64,000 nt of DNA from Candidatus Omnitrophota bacterium (GTDB lineage Bacteria; Omnitrophota; Gorgyraeia; 2-01-FULL-45-10): contig JBAZKH010000001.1 of assembly GCA_041650935.1 (NCBI GenBank), positions 576,911-640,910 of the forward strand, written 5' to 3'. Within the stretch, counting starts at the first letter, position 1. Each line of letters opens with the position of its first letter. Both the position numbers and the translations under genes were made by a program. Of the stretch, positions 1-12,812 are shown piece after piece. The notes under the pieces were generated by a model that worked only from the letters and a program-made list of their open reading frames with translations, searched no databases and was not told the DNA's origin.

Positions 1-455
1 GAAGTGTTTCGCGACATGCCGATCCGCTTGAAATTGCGCGGCATCGAGCGGACTTTGTCGCCGTGGCTCATCCAGGTGACGCTGTTTTTGGGAATGTCTC
101 TAAAGAGAAGGCGGTTATCCGTCACGGTAAATGCGGCGCGTCCGTACTCCCTGGAGCGGGCGCGCTCTACCCGGCCGCCGAGCGTCTTTGCCATGAGCTG
201 CATGCCGTAGCATATTCCCAGGACCGGTATGCCCAGGCGGAAGAGCTTTTCGTCGCAAGCCGGCGCGCCCTTAGCGTAGACGCTTGCGGGTCCGCCCGAT
301 AGTATTATGCCCCTCGTCTCGAGCGGGTCTATCGAACCGGCGGAGATCGTCGGAGGCACTATTTCGCAGAAGACATTGAGTTCCCGTATCTTCCTGGCGA
401 TGAGCTGATTATACTGTGATCCGAAATCTATTATAAGTATCTTTTCCTGGGCCAT
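1..455 (-). CDS. guaA: GMP synthase (glutamine-hydrolysing), N-terminal GATase domain. Partial: the gene runs off the window start
   Basis: Reverse-strand translation from the ATG at 455 reads MAQEKILIIDFGSQYNQLIARKIRELNVFCEIVPP...GICYGMQLMAKTLGG. This is a class-I glutamine amidotransferase with its catalytic Cys in GICYGMQ, typical of the GuaA N-terminus. There is no stop before the window edge. Confidence 0.85.
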   Translation of the reverse strand, partial: MAQEKILIIDFGSQYNQLIARKIRELNVFCEIVPPTISAGSIDPLETRGIILSGGPASVYAKGAPACDEKLFRLGIPVLGICYGMQLMAKTLGGRVERARSREYGRAAFTVTDNRLLFRDIPKNSVTWMSHGDKVRSMPRNFKRIGMSRNT

Positions 456-457
456 AA

Positions 458-1864
458 TTATTTAATATCCAGTCCCGCGCACCGCGTCTTTTCAAGCGCC
501 TTTTTTGAAGGCGGTTTACAGATCGTCGTCGGATATTTCCCGGTAAAACAGGCCGTGCAGAACTCCTCCCGCGGAAGCATCATGGAGCCCAGCATGCCGT
601 CAAGGCTCAAATATTCGAGGCTGTCGACGCCTATGAACTCTTTTATTTTGTCGATGGTGTGGTGGGCGGCTATCAGTTCCTTCTTCGTGGGGAAGTCTAT
701 GCCGTAGAAGCAGGGCGATATGAGCGGCGGACAGCTTACCCGCATATGTATCTCTTTTACGCCGGCCTGGCGGAGCGCCCTGACCCTGCCCTTCGATGTT
801 GTGCCGCGGACGATCGAGTCCTCCACGATTACTACGCGTTTGCCTTTCAGGACGTCCCTTATCGGGTTTAATTTGATCTTTACCTTGAAATCGCGTATAA
901 GCTGGCTAGGCTGTATGAATGTCCTGCCGATATAATGGTTTCTCACAAATCCCATCTCGAGCGGTATATGCGACTCCTCGGCATACCCCAGGGCCGCGTA
1001 AGTTCCGGAGTCCGGTATGGGCATTACCATATCGGCATCTGCCGGGTGCTCCTTTGCCAGCATCCTACCAAGGTTCTTCCTTGTAAGGTAGACGCTCTTC
1101 GTAAATATATTGCTGTCCGGCCTGGAAAAATAGATATATTCGAATATACAGAATGCGTGGTTGGCCTGTTCCGGCGCTTTAAACGAAGTCAGCCCATTTT
1201 TGTCCAGTATGATTATTTCCCCGGGCTCGACGTCCCTGACATATTCCGCCTGCACCATATCGAGCGCGCAGGTCTCGCTTGCGACGATGTAAGCGTTATC
1301 CAATTTGCCTATGCAGAGCGGCCTGAAGCCGTGAGGATCCCTCATGGCGTATATGGCATCGTTTATCATTACGACGAAGGAATAAGCGCCTTCCATACGC
1401 GAGATAATCGGACGGACCTTTTCACGGTAATTATTCTTATGGTCGCGGACCAGGAAGTGGACTATGAGCTCGGAGTCCATTGTCGTCTGGAGGATCGAGC
1501 CGCTGTCTTCGAGCTCGTTTCGCAGCGCTACGGAGTTGGTGAGGTTGCCGTTATGAGCTACTGCTATGAACCCTTTTTTATGGTTTATTAAGAGCGGCTG
1601 GACGTTCTTGACTGTGCTGGAGCCCGTGGTGGAATAGCGCACATGGCCTATTGCCATGTGGCCTTTTAATTTTTTGAGATCGGCCTCTTTGAAGAGATCG
1701 CCGACAAGGCCCATGCCTTTATGGAGATGCGCTTTCTTTCCATCGAAGCTTACCATCCCTGCCGATTCTTCGCCCCTGTGCTGGAGGGCATATAATGCAA
1801 GGTAGGCCAGCTGGCTGGCGTTCTTGTGTCCGGAGATACCTACTACACCGCAATATTCCTTCAT
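458..1864 (-). CDS. purF: Amidophosphoribosyltransferase (glutamine PRPP amidotransferase)
   Basis: 468 aa. N-terminal CGVVGI nucleophile region, PRTase motif VVIVEDSIVRGTTS, and C-terminal Cys-rich CPPLISPCFYGID, typical of Fe-S PurF. Confidence 0.9.
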   Translation of the reverse strand: MKEYCGVVGISGHKNASQLAYLALYALQHRGEESAGMVSFDGKKAHLHKGMGLVGDLFKEADLKKLKGHMAIGHVRYSTTGSSTVKNVQPLLINHKKGFIAVAHNGNLTNSVALRNELEDSGSILQTTMDSELIVHFLVRDHKNNYREKVRPIISRMEGAYSFVVMINDAIYAMRDPHGFRPLCIGKLDNAYIVASETCALDMVQAEYVRDVEPGEIIILDKNGLTSFKAPEQANHAFCIFEYIYFSRPDSNIFTKSVYLTRKNLGRMLAKEHPADADMVMPIPDSGTYAALGYAEESHIPLEMGFVRNHYIGRTFIQPSQLIRDFKVKIKLNPIRDVLKGKRVVIVEDSIVRGTTSKGRVRALRQAGVKEIHMRVSCPPLISPCFYGIDFPTKKELIAAHHTIDKIKEFIGVDSLEYLSLDGMLGSMMLPREEFCTACFTGKYPTTICKPPSKKALEKTRCAGLDIK

Positions 1865-1871
1865 GGCTTCT

Positions 1872-3425
1872 CTAGGTTACGAAGAGGTTGCGCGATGAGA
1901 ACTTTCCGTCCGTGGTAAGGTTGACGCCGAGCATCTTCAGGCCCACGTCATCGCCGGGCGCCGGGATATGCGTCATATGGACTTCGCAGCCGCCAAGCTC
2001 CACAAGCTTTTTGAGCGCCACTTCCGCGGTGTGGTTCGTGGTCGCGCTGATAGCCAGCGCTATAAGTGTCTCTTCCAGGTCCAGGGATTCCGGCTCCAGT
2101 TTCAGGACGCCTTCTTTAAGGGTCGATATCTGGTTTATTATCTGCGGTGACAATAGCAGTATCTCATCCGGTATTTTAGCGAGGGCTTTTATCGCGTTCA
2201 GGACAAGGCTCGAAGAGGCGTGCATCAGGTGCGAGTTCTTTCCTGTAATTATCCTGCCGTCTTTCAGCTCCAGCGCCGCGCCGCAGTATATGCCGGCAAA
2301 GCCTTTCCCGTTCTTTTCGGTATCGTCGGCTGTTTTCCTGGCTATCTCTACGATGCGGCGGTCGGTTATCTTGACCCCCATCTCCTCCATCAGGAGAGCA
2401 ACTTTGTCGACGGTCTCCCGCTTCTCGATACCCATGACATATTCGGAGTGGTACCGGAAATAGCGGCGTATCAGTTCCTGCTTTGCGGCCTCCTGGACTA
2501 CGGGGTCGTTGACTATGCCGAACCCCGCCCTGTTTACACCCATATCCGTCGGCGAATTATAGACCGGCAAGTTGCTTGCTTTTTTATCCAGTATCCTGGT
2601 TAATATCAATTTTAATATAGGGAAGCTTTCGACATCGCGATTATAGTTAATCGCCGTCTCTTTATATTTTGCGAGGTGAAAAGGATCGACCAGATTAAAA
2701 TCGAGGATGTCGGCGGTGGCAGCCTCGTAAGCAATATTAACCGGGTGCTTGAGCGGAATGTTCCATATAGGGAATGTCTCAAACTTCGCATAACCCGCGT
2801 TAACGCCGCGTTTATGTTCCTGGTAAAGCTGTGAAAGGCAGGTCGAGAGTTTGCCGCTATTGGGTCCGGGGGCGGTTACTACGATGATGGGCCTGGTCGT
2901 TTCGATGTAATCGTTCTTGCCAAAACCTTTATCGCTTACCACAGTATCTATGTCGGCAGGGTATCCTTCTATCGGGTAGTGAAGATATACTTTTACACCC
3001 CGGCGTTCGAGCTTATTCTTGAATATTATTGCGGCGGACTGGTTGTCGAAACGCGTTATTACTACAGATGAGATATTGAGGCCCCATTTTCGCAGATCGT
3101 CGATGAGTTTGAAAGTTGCGGCATCGTAAGTAATGCCGAAATCGCCGCGGACCCTGCCCTTCTCTATGTCGCCGGCATAGATCGAAAGGACTATCTCGAT
3201 CTTATCTTTTAGAGATTGGAGCAGTCTTATCTTGACATTTGGATCGTAACCAGGCAGGACGCGTGCGGCGTGATAATCGAAACAAAGCTTTCCGCCGAAC
3301 TCTAGATACAGTTTATTGTCGAACTTGTTTACGCGATCGATGATCGCGGCGGTCTGCTCTTTTAAATATTTTTCGTTATCGAAACCTTGTCGGCTCGTTA
3401 CCTGGGACGTCGAATTCTTAACCAT
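1872..3425 (-). CDS. DUF1846 (UPF0371) family protein
   Basis: 517 aa. The N-terminus GFDNEKYLKEQ...DNKLYLEFGGKL..DYHAARVLPGYDPN matches the conserved N-terminal signature recalled for DUF1846 proteins. The recall is from memory, with no search. Confidence 0.55.
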   Translation of the reverse strand: MVKNSTSQVTSRQGFDNEKYLKEQTAAIIDRVNKFDNKLYLEFGGKLCFDYHAARVLPGYDPNVKIRLLQSLKDKIEIVLSIYAGDIEKGRVRGDFGITYDAATFKLIDDLRKWGLNISSVVITRFDNQSAAIIFKNKLERRGVKVYLHYPIEGYPADIDTVVSDKGFGKNDYIETTRPIIVVTAPGPNSGKLSTCLSQLYQEHKRGVNAGYAKFETFPIWNIPLKHPVNIAYEAATADILDFNLVDPFHLAKYKETAINYNRDVESFPILKLILTRILDKKASNLPVYNSPTDMGVNRAGFGIVNDPVVQEAAKQELIRRYFRYHSEYVMGIEKRETVDKVALLMEEMGVKITDRRIVEIARKTADDTEKNGKGFAGIYCGAALELKDGRIITGKNSHLMHASSSLVLNAIKALAKIPDEILLLSPQIINQISTLKEGVLKLEPESLDLEETLIALAISATTNHTAEVALKKLVELGGCEVHMTHIPAPGDDVGLKMLGVNLTTDGKFSSRNLFVT

Positions 3426-3576
3426 TGGGCATAATTATATTATATATCATATGGAATGTAAAGTTTTTTTTGTATTTTGCCGGCCCGTTAAGATTATAAT
3501 TGACCGCCTTATTGCATGGTAGTATTATTTAATTACCGCGCATATTAAGTGCGCGTGTTAAAACGGAGGTATTACC

Positions 3577-4794
3577 ATGCTTTACCGAACGGCGCGCGCG
3601 ATCTTCCTCCCCGTAATCGTCTATGTATTTATTTTTGCGGGTCCGGTTACCGCCGGCTCGCTTGCGGCGGAGAAATCCGCTGCCGGCGATGCTCCCAAAA
3701 GCGGCGCTTCCGGTACGCGGGTTGATGATGCCGACGATGCCCCCGGCCGTAAACTTCCACAACTGCAACCCGGCAAATGGGAAACGCTCTTCGAGATGGG
3801 AGAAAGCATCTACCCGTCAGTGGTTATAAGCACTGCTACGCTGAAGAATGGGCTCTGGGACGATGGCCGGCATCTAGGCGACCCCTGGGGAACCATAGGT
3901 ATAGTGGTCCGCGGCATCGAAAAGGATTGCCCGGTAACAGTAGAGATATCGGGCGGAAATTTTATCGGACCCAGCGTATTTACCGGCACATTGCCCGATA
4001 AAGATGCCATATATTGTATATACCCTGAGCTTAAGTATGATTATGAAAAATTATTGGCTGTTAAACAGACCATCCCCGAAGCATTAAGTTTTAAAGTCCG
4101 GATAGGCAGTAAGCAGGAACCCGAAAAGATCGCACGGGTACAGGTCCGCCCCATCAATGAATGTGTCTATAATTTTGCCGACTCCTCGGGGAGCATAAAT
4201 GACGTCTCATTCTTTTTTGCCGCTTATGTTAACGAAAATCATCCGATCATAAGCCAGATACTCAAGGAGGCCATTGATTCTAAGAGAGTGGATAGTTTTT
4301 CCGGTTATTCGGGTGAAAAAGAGGATGTCATGGCGGAGGTCAAGGCGGTCTGGGCGGCTCTGAAGAAGAGGGGTCTGCATTACAGCACGATTACCGCGAG
4401 CGCGGATGATGATAACCCTTACATATCGAGCCAGTATGTCAGGCTGCTTGGAGAAAGCATCAACTATACTCAAGCCAACTGTGTCGACGGCTCCGTCCTT
4501 ATGGCGTCGATATTCCGGAAGATAGGCCTCAATGTGAGCCTTATCGAATTACCCGACCACATGTTTCTTTCCGTGAGCCTGGATGAGGAAGGAAAGGAGA
4601 TGGTTTTCATAGAGACGACTATACTGGGTAGCGGGGATCTGGACGAGGCCATGGATGAAGGTCGTACGCAGTATACGGAGAATAAGGACAAGTTCGATTC
4701 CAAAAAGGAAGACGAACAGGCTTATAATATCATCAATATCCAGGATGCCCGCGTCCTGGGCATTATGCCGATAAAAGATTCGTCGGCAAATTAG
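3577..4794 (+). CDS. Secreted protein with a C-terminal transglutaminase-like (Cys-His-Asp/Glu) domain
   Basis: 405 aa. N-terminal signal-like hydrophobic segment (VIVYVFIFAGPVTAGSLAA). C-terminal NCVDGSVLMASIFRKIGL...PDHMFLSV...VFIETT resembles the Cys/His/acidic core of transglutaminase-like cysteine peptidases. GGAGG Shine-Dalgarno upstream. Confidence 0.45.
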   Translation: MLYRTARAIFLPVIVYVFIFAGPVTAGSLAAEKSAAGDAPKSGASGTRVDDADDAPGRKLPQLQPGKWETLFEMGESIYPSVVISTATLKNGLWDDGRHLGDPWGTIGIVVRGIEKDCPVTVEISGGNFIGPSVFTGTLPDKDAIYCIYPELKYDYEKLLAVKQTIPEALSFKVRIGSKQEPEKIARVQVRPINECVYNFADSSGSINDVSFFFAAYVNENHPIISQILKEAIDSKRVDSFSGYSGEKEDVMAEVKAVWAALKKRGLHYSTITASADDDNPYISSQYVRLLGESINYTQANCVDGSVLMASIFRKIGLNVSLIELPDHMFLSVSLDEEGKEMVFIETTILGSGDLDEAMDEGRTQYTENKDKFDSKKEDEQAYNIINIQDARVLGIMPIKDSSAN

Positions 4795-5895
4795 TTAAAA
4801 AGCGTAAGCAATATGCCCTATCAGGCTTGTCTGGTCGGACCAGGCTTTTACTCCGTTGGACCACGACTCGTCCTGTCCCCGAGGAATATTCGTGTGCCTG
4901 GTCCCGCCGCTCGTCCTTATGCGCATGTAGTCCATACTAATGCCGGCCGTAATTGTCTTCGCGATAATCATATCTATTCCTGCCGTGAAGTAGAGAGAAT
5001 TGCCGTAGGTATTCATAGTGCAGATCATTGTTCCCCGGCGCAGGAGGTGGCGGTCTTCATTGTATCCAAGGACCGGTCCCCAGTCGGCCTCCCCGCTTGT
5101 TTTGATCGTCAGGTACTTGCTCAGCTTCAACTCGTATGATCCTCTCATCCCTATCTGGTACATGTAATAGTCCTGCCGGAAATGTATCGAATCTCCGGCA
5201 AGTTCCAGGGAATTTATATTTCCGTCGATATCCATCGCATCCGGGTCGTTATATATGCCGTTGGTCCATTGTACGCCGTCATGCGCCATAAATTTTAACC
5301 GCTGGAACTGGAACGCGAATAGCGGCCGTATTTCGAAAGACGACGGAAGCCCGAGCCAATCCGAGATATTCACATCGACATCCGTGCGGAAGTGGTAGTT
5401 CTGTTCCGCGCGGCAAGCGCTCTCCGAATACGTGGTCAGCATATCCGTATTTCCATCGTACTCCCAATCCGAATCTTTCATCCGCCCGTCCGTGTTGCGC
5501 GCGACGCTTAAGCCTGCCCGCCCCCCGAGCGACCATCGCGGACAGGTGCGGCGGAGCCTGAAATCGAGCCACCAGGTATTCATCGGGAATTCGAGCCGGC
5601 TTAAGGGTCTCTGGAACGGCTCATTGGAGTTGCCGATCTCATACGAAGTGTGGCTCACAAGGAAACGTTGTAAACCGAAATCGAATACCCAGTTTTTAGG
5701 CTGACTCAACCGGTGATTGGATCCGGTATCGACGATATCGTCCTGGCTCTTCAGCGGGTAATGGCCCAGCACATCGGAAAAGAGGTCCTGCCAGGTTGTC
5801 TTACCGGTCCCCGCAGTACCCCCGCCGGCCTGCGCCGCGGCCGGCAAAAATGTTAACACGAGAAACATCGCTGATAGAATTAGTGTTTTATTCAT
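4795..5895 (-). CDS. Outer-membrane beta-barrel protein (hypothetical)
   Basis: 366 aa. Signal peptide MNKTLILSAMFLVLTFLPAAAQA. Alternating amphipathic strands. Terminal ...GHIAYAF with C-terminal Phe, typical of beta-barrel outer-membrane proteins. Confidence 0.45.
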   Translation of the reverse strand: MNKTLILSAMFLVLTFLPAAAQAGGGTAGTGKTTWQDLFSDVLGHYPLKSQDDIVDTGSNHRLSQPKNWVFDFGLQRFLVSHTSYEIGNSNEPFQRPLSRLEFPMNTWWLDFRLRRTCPRWSLGGRAGLSVARNTDGRMKDSDWEYDGNTDMLTTYSESACRAEQNYHFRTDVDVNISDWLGLPSSFEIRPLFAFQFQRLKFMAHDGVQWTNGIYNDPDAMDIDGNINSLELAGDSIHFRQDYYMYQIGMRGSYELKLSKYLTIKTSGEADWGPVLGYNEDRHLLRRGTMICTMNTYGNSLYFTAGIDMIIAKTITAGISMDYMRIRTSGGTRHTNIPRGQDESWSNGVKAWSDQTSLIGHIAYAF

Positions 5896-5910
5896 CGATT
5901 CTCCTTCTTT

Positions 5911-6309
5911 TTACTTGGCTACGTTGATTATCTTGCCGCTCTTCTCTACTTCCCTGCGAAAAGCGTCGTTTGCTCTCTTAAAGATTACGGCGGATTTTTG
6001 CCACCCTTTATATTCCGGCCGTCTGCTTACCCACTGTTCGAAGATCGCCCATCTTAGTTTGGCGATCGCGACCTCTTCATCGCTTAACCCCATCTTGTTA
6101 GACTTGCTTGCCTCAACGGTGCCTAAAGCGGCTTTGCCCTTGTAGTTTGATAGCGGTTTTACCGTACCCGTGAGCATATTGTATCTGGAGAGTATCTTTA
6201 TCCCGCCTATTTCATAATAGACGGTCCGGACTATCACGAACTTATATAAAAGAAATACCGCGCCTGCGAATAGCAGGACCACAACGACCATGCTCAGCTT
6301 GCCTTTCAC
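5911..6309 (-). CDS. Membrane-anchored hypothetical protein
   Basis: The ORF-track frame 5911..6363 is probably N-terminally over-extended. A GTG at 6309 is preceded by a GGGGGGTG Shine-Dalgarno and followed by the single TM MVVVVLLFAGAVFLLY. No recognisable domain. Confidence 0.35.
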   Translation of the reverse strand: MKGKLSMVVVVLLFAGAVFLLYKFVIVRTVYYEIGGIKILSRYNMLTGTVKPLSNYKGKAALGTVEASKSNKMGLSDEEVAIAKLRWAIFEQWVSRRPEYKGWQKSAVIFKRANDAFRREVEKSGKIINVAK

Positions 6310-6322
6310 TTTGACACCCCCC

Positions 6323-6757
6323 CTATTTTTCCACTTTTCCCTCGACGTCGATAACGTCGTCATCGGATCTTTTAGGCGGCCTGCGATAAAACGGCCCGCC
6401 TGTGTACGTAACCACTTTAGGCGCCAGTACGAAATTCAGGATAGAGCTTATGATACTGAATAATAATGCCGCCCAGAAAGCGCTCCAGAAACTCATAACC
6501 TCGAAACCTTTGACGAATTTTGAGGCGAGGTAGAATATGAATGCGTTAATTACGAGGGTAAAGAATCCCAGCGTCAATATCGTAAACGGGAGCGTGAATA
6601 GGATTATGACCGGCCTGACGAAAGCATTCAGGAGCCCGAGGACAAGGGCCGCTACTACTATCGCGCCCCAACTGTCGGCGTTTACACCTGCGACGATGTG
6701 GATGATGATAAAAAGGGTGAAGATATTGACAGCCCATTTTATTATGAAGTTACGCAT
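6323..6757 (-). CDS. DUF360 / phage-holin-4-like four-TM membrane protein
   Basis: 144 aa. AVNIFTLFIIIHIVAGVNADSWGAIVVAALVLGLLNAFVRPVIILFTLPFTILTLGFFTLVINAF matches the conserved LxNAxxRPxLxxLTLPxTxLTLGxFTxVINA pattern of the YvlD/DUF360 family. Confidence 0.6.
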   Translation of the reverse strand: MRNFIIKWAVNIFTLFIIIHIVAGVNADSWGAIVVAALVLGLLNAFVRPVIILFTLPFTILTLGFFTLVINAFIFYLASKFVKGFEVMSFWSAFWAALLFSIISSILNFVLAPKVVTYTGGPFYRRPPKRSDDDVIDVEGKVEK

Positions 6758-6792
6758 AGCGTACCATTATTTTGTCATTTGTCATTATAGTG

Positions 6793-7209
6793 CTATTCCC
6801 CTATTATCTTTATCAGGACACGTTTCTTGCGCCGGCCGTCGAATTCACCGTAAAAGATCTGCTCCCACGGCCCGAAATCCAGGTTTCCTTTGGTGACGGC
6901 AACGACGACTTCCCGGCCCATTATCGTGCGCTTCAGGTGGGCATCTCCGTTATCTTCGCCGGTCATATTATGTTTGTATCTCTCTTTACCGTAAGGGGCG
7001 AGCCGCTCCACCCATTCGAGAAAGTCCTGATGCAGGCCGCTCTCGTTGTCGTTTATGAAGACGCTGGCGGTGATATGCATGCTGTTGACGAGACAAAGGC
7101 CTTCTTTTATGCCGCTTTTACGGAGCGCGTCTTCGACCAACGGGGTGAGGTTGACGATCCCATACCTATCCCGCGTTTCCATCCAGATGTAATGCGTAAA
7201 CGTTTTCAT
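6793..7209 (-). CDS. YjbQ family secondary thiamine-phosphate synthase-like protein (UPF0047)
   Basis: 138 aa. [14 protein letters not shown]...[37 protein letters not shown] is the typical YjbQ/UPF0047 core. Confidence 0.7.
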   Translation of the reverse strand: MKTFTHYIWMETRDRYGIVNLTPLVEDALRKSGIKEGLCLVNSMHITASVFINDNESGLHQDFLEWVERLAPYGKERYKHNMTGEDNGDAHLKRTIMGREVVVAVTKGNLDFGPWEQIFYGEFDGRRKKRVLIKIIGE

Positions 7210-8174
7210 ATGCTATCGATCAATTTTAGCATCTTGTCGTAGCTGTTTACAAGCGATATCTGGTGGCGTATCCCGGCGGCATTGGGAAAACCGCGCAGAT
7301 ACCACAGCGCCATCTTGCGCATAAAACCCAACCGCCCGGCTGACTGCGCGTCTCTGTAAATTTCGATGTACGACAGGTGTTTCTTCAGGACCTTCTTCCT
7401 CGTTTCGATCGGCACCGCCCGCGGCATCGAGCCGTCTTTTAAATATCCGGTTATCTGGCCGAATATCCACGGGTTGCCGAGGGCGCCCCGCGCGACCATA
7501 ACGCCGTCGCAGGATGTCTCTTTCAGCATCTTTTCGGCGAGTAAATGGTTGAAGACATTCCCCGACCCCAGGACGGGTATATGCACGGTATCTTTTATAG
7601 CTTTTATGGAAGCGTAATCCACGCCGCCGGAATACATCTGCGACCGTGTCCGGCCATGGACGAATATCGCCGAAGCGCCGCTCGATTCGCACATCTTTGC
7701 GAGTCTCGCGGCCTCTTTCGGGCTGGACTCTTCATAACCTGTCCTCATCTTGACCGTTACGGGTATGGGAAGGTTTAGAGCAAGTTTTTTTATGACGGCA
7801 CACAGCTCGTTTGGTTTCCTCAGAAGATAAGCGCCGGAATGCTTCTTTGTAACTTTTTTTACCGGGCATGCCGCGTTTATATCGAGGAACGGCACATCGA
7901 CCAGGTCAAGGATTTTCCCCGCGGCGGCGAGCATATCGTCCGGATCCCGGCCGAGAATCTGTGCGGCGATAGGCTCATCCGGCGGCGTTGTCATCAGCAT
8001 GGTTATCAGTTTTTTGCGCGAGCCGTATATTACGGAATTGCAGTCGATCATCTCGAAGAAGCAGAGCGGTGCCCCGTGTTCGCGGGCCGTGAGCCGGAAG
8101 GCAAGGTCGGTGCATCCTGCCATAGGGGCCAACAAGACGTTGGTAGGAATTTTGTACGAACCTATCTTGAGCAT
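7206..8174 (-). CDS. dusB: tRNA-dihydrouridine synthase
   Basis: 322 aa. [14 protein letters not shown]-terminal Dus signature. TIM-barrel flavoenzyme pattern (DINAACP, KMRTGY). Confidence 0.85.
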   Translation of the reverse strand: MLKIGSYKIPTNVLLAPMAGCTDLAFRLTAREHGAPLCFFEMIDCNSVIYGSRKKLITMLMTTPPDEPIAAQILGRDPDDMLAAAGKILDLVDVPFLDINAACPVKKVTKKHSGAYLLRKPNELCAVIKKLALNLPIPVTVKMRTGYEESSPKEAARLAKMCESSGASAIFVHGRTRSQMYSGGVDYASIKAIKDTVHIPVLGSGNVFNHLLAEKMLKETSCDGVMVARGALGNPWIFGQITGYLKDGSMPRAVPIETRKKVLKKHLSYIEIYRDAQSAGRLGFMRKMALWYLRGFPNAAGIRHQISLVNSYDKMLKLIDSI

Positions 8175-8194
8175 TAAAGTTATCTACTTAACGG

Positions 8195-8695
8195 TTATCG
8201 GTAATTGGTGAAGCTAAGAGCAAGCGGGAAGTCTATCTTCCGCAGATGGGTTATTACAGACTGAAGGTCGTCCTTCTTCGGTGAAAATACGCGTATCTTC
8301 TCACCCTCTATCTGCGTCTGGACCTTCATGCCGAGATCCTTGATTATCTTCGTGAGGTCTTTTGCTTTTTCCTTGGATATGCCGCTTGCGAGTTCGACGG
8401 TCTGCTGGAGATTGCCGCCGAATATCTTTTCCGGGTCCTTAAAAGTAAGCGACTTTAACGATATGCCCCTCTTTACCATCTTGGCGGAGATCATGTCGGC
8501 GAGAGATTTTAATTTAAAGTCATCCACAGAGATAAGCACTATCCGCTTTTCTATGCGGTTATAATCGATGGAGGAATTGGTGTTTTTGAAATCGAATCTC
8601 TGGGCAAGCTCTTTTTTTGCCTGGTTAACGGCGTTATCGGCTTCCTGGAGGTCGACTTCCGAAACTATATCGAATGAAAAAGTCTCTTTTGCCAT
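8195..8695 (-). CDS. yajQ: YajQ family nucleotide-binding protein (UPF0234)
   Basis: 166 aa. The start FSFDIVSEVDLQEADNAVNQAKKELAQRFDFK is the canonical YajQ N-terminus. Confidence 0.8.
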   Translation of the reverse strand: MAKETFSFDIVSEVDLQEADNAVNQAKKELAQRFDFKNTNSSIDYNRIEKRIVLISVDDFKLKSLADMISAKMVKRGISLKSLTFKDPEKIFGGNLQQTVELASGISKEKAKDLTKIIKDLGMKVQTQIEGEKIRVFSPKKDDLQSVITHLRKIDFPLALSFTNYR

Positions 8696-8745
8696 AGCGT
8701 GTCTCCTTTAACAATTATAGTTGTTTAAGGCCGAAAGTCAACTGC

Positions 8746-8790
8746 TTAAAAAATGACGAAGGCGTTTTCGATGAACGCCTCCGTCATTTT
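8746..8790 (-). terminator. Rho-independent terminator downstream of gdhA
   Basis: About 17-bp stem (aaaatgacgaaggcgtt / aacgcctccgtcatttt, one mismatch) with loop ttcgatg. On the minus strand it is followed by a run of six U (plus-strand aaaaaa at 8747-8752). Lies 22 nt after the gdhA stop. Confidence 0.55.
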
Positions 8791-8811
8791 ACCTTAAAGT
8801 ACCGTTCCTTA

Positions 8812-11613
<2,802 letters not shown>

Positions 11614-11617
<4 letters not shown>

Positions 11618-12435
11618 ACAAGTTTACAGAGGTGTTTCTCTTTATCTGCGTATACCCTGTTCCTCTTTATCAGGCCGTCCCAGTCGACGAGGCTAGCCTC
11701 GAATTCCGGTCCGTCGACACAGCTGAATTTTACCTCCCCGCCTACCGTAACTCTACAGCATCCGCACATGCCCGTTGCGTCTACCATCAGGGCGTTTAAC
11801 GAGACAACGGTGCTTGTGCCGGAATTTTTGGTGACATCGGCAACCCTTTTCATCATAGGTATGGGGCCTACCGCATAAACGAGATCGTATTTATCCTTAG
11901 CCAGGAGTTCAGCCAGGATATCCGTGGTAAAACCCCGTCTCTCATATGAACCGTCGTCTGTGGCGACAAGCAGCCTGTCCGAACTGCCTTTAAGCTCCGC
12001 CTCTAATATCAGCAGGTTCTTTGTCCTGGCGCCAAGGATAACGGTTATCTCATTACCTGCGCCTTTCAACGCTTTTGCCACCGGATATATCTCAGCTATA
12101 CCTACTCCGCCGCCCACAAGTATGACTTTGCCGTATTTTTTAACCTCGGTGGCATGGCCGAGCGGACCTGCCAACGCGTGCAACTCCCCGCCCACCTCGA
12201 GCTTCCCGAGTAATTTCGTGGTGAGACCTACCTCCTGGAATATCAGGGTTATCGAACCGCTGGAATTATTGCTGTCCACGACAGTAAGAGGGATACGTTC
12301 GCCCTTTTCGCCGGTCATCAATACTACAAACTGTCCCGCCCTGACTTTTGCCGCTATGTCCGGAGCGGATATTTCCATCGTGGTTATCTTAATTCCTTCG
12401 GTGTTGCAGAGAGTAGCCTTGCGCAGTATTTTCAT
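11614..12435 (-). CDS. Ferredoxin-NADP reductase-like electron-transfer subunit (NfnA/SudB family)
   Basis: Start placed at MKILRKATLC... (M18 of the track ORF). This matches SudB-type N-termini and the 2Fe-2S Cys cluster CGCCRVTVGGEVKFSCVDGPEF at the C-terminus. Confidence 0.75.
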
Positions 12436-12473
12436 AAAAATAAAAAGACGCCTGCCTTTTAGCGGTAGACGTC
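12436..12473 (-). terminator. Candidate intrinsic terminator after the DUF167 gene, directly abutting the nfnA start
   Basis: Imperfect 10-bp stem gacgcctgcc / ggtagacgtc with 7-nt loop. On the minus strand it is followed by uuuuuauuuuu, which runs straight into the ATG at 12435. Confidence 0.4.
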
Positions 12474-12539
12474 CTTGTCTCCTCATCTCTTGTTTATTCC
12501 GATTAATTCCGATGTATTATAATATTATCGGGAAAAAAG

Positions 12540-12812
12540 TCAAGGGAAAATATCGAATATCTTATTCCTGCTTTTTATTCCTCTGACTAGCGAGATCCGG
12601 CGCCGCGGCACGCCGAAATATTCGCTCAACTCTTCGATAACCGCATCGTTGGCCCTGCCCTCTACGGCCTTTTCTTTCACTCTGACGGTATAGCGGTTTT
12701 CCCCTTCGCGTGTTACCAGGCCCTGTTTAGAATTCGGCTTGACCTTAACCGATATTCTCACCCCGTTACACCCGGGCTTGAAACCGGGGCGGGGCGTGAC
12801 GGAGTTTACCAC
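12540..12812 (-). CDS. DUF167 (YggU/UPF0235) family protein
   Basis: 90 aa. VRISVKVKPNSKQ...VRVKEKAVEGRANDAVIEELSEYFGV...ISLVRGIKSRNK matches the DUF167 pattern. Confidence 0.6.
   Translation of the reverse strand: MVNSVTPRPGFKPGCNGVRISVKVKPNSKQGLVTREGENRYTVRVKEKAVEGRANDAVIEELSEYFGVPRRRISLVRGIKSRNKIFDIFP

Noticed and set aside
935-1591. 218-aa plus-strand ORF inside purF
   Set aside because: Antisense to purF. purF carries the PRTase and Fe-S motifs.
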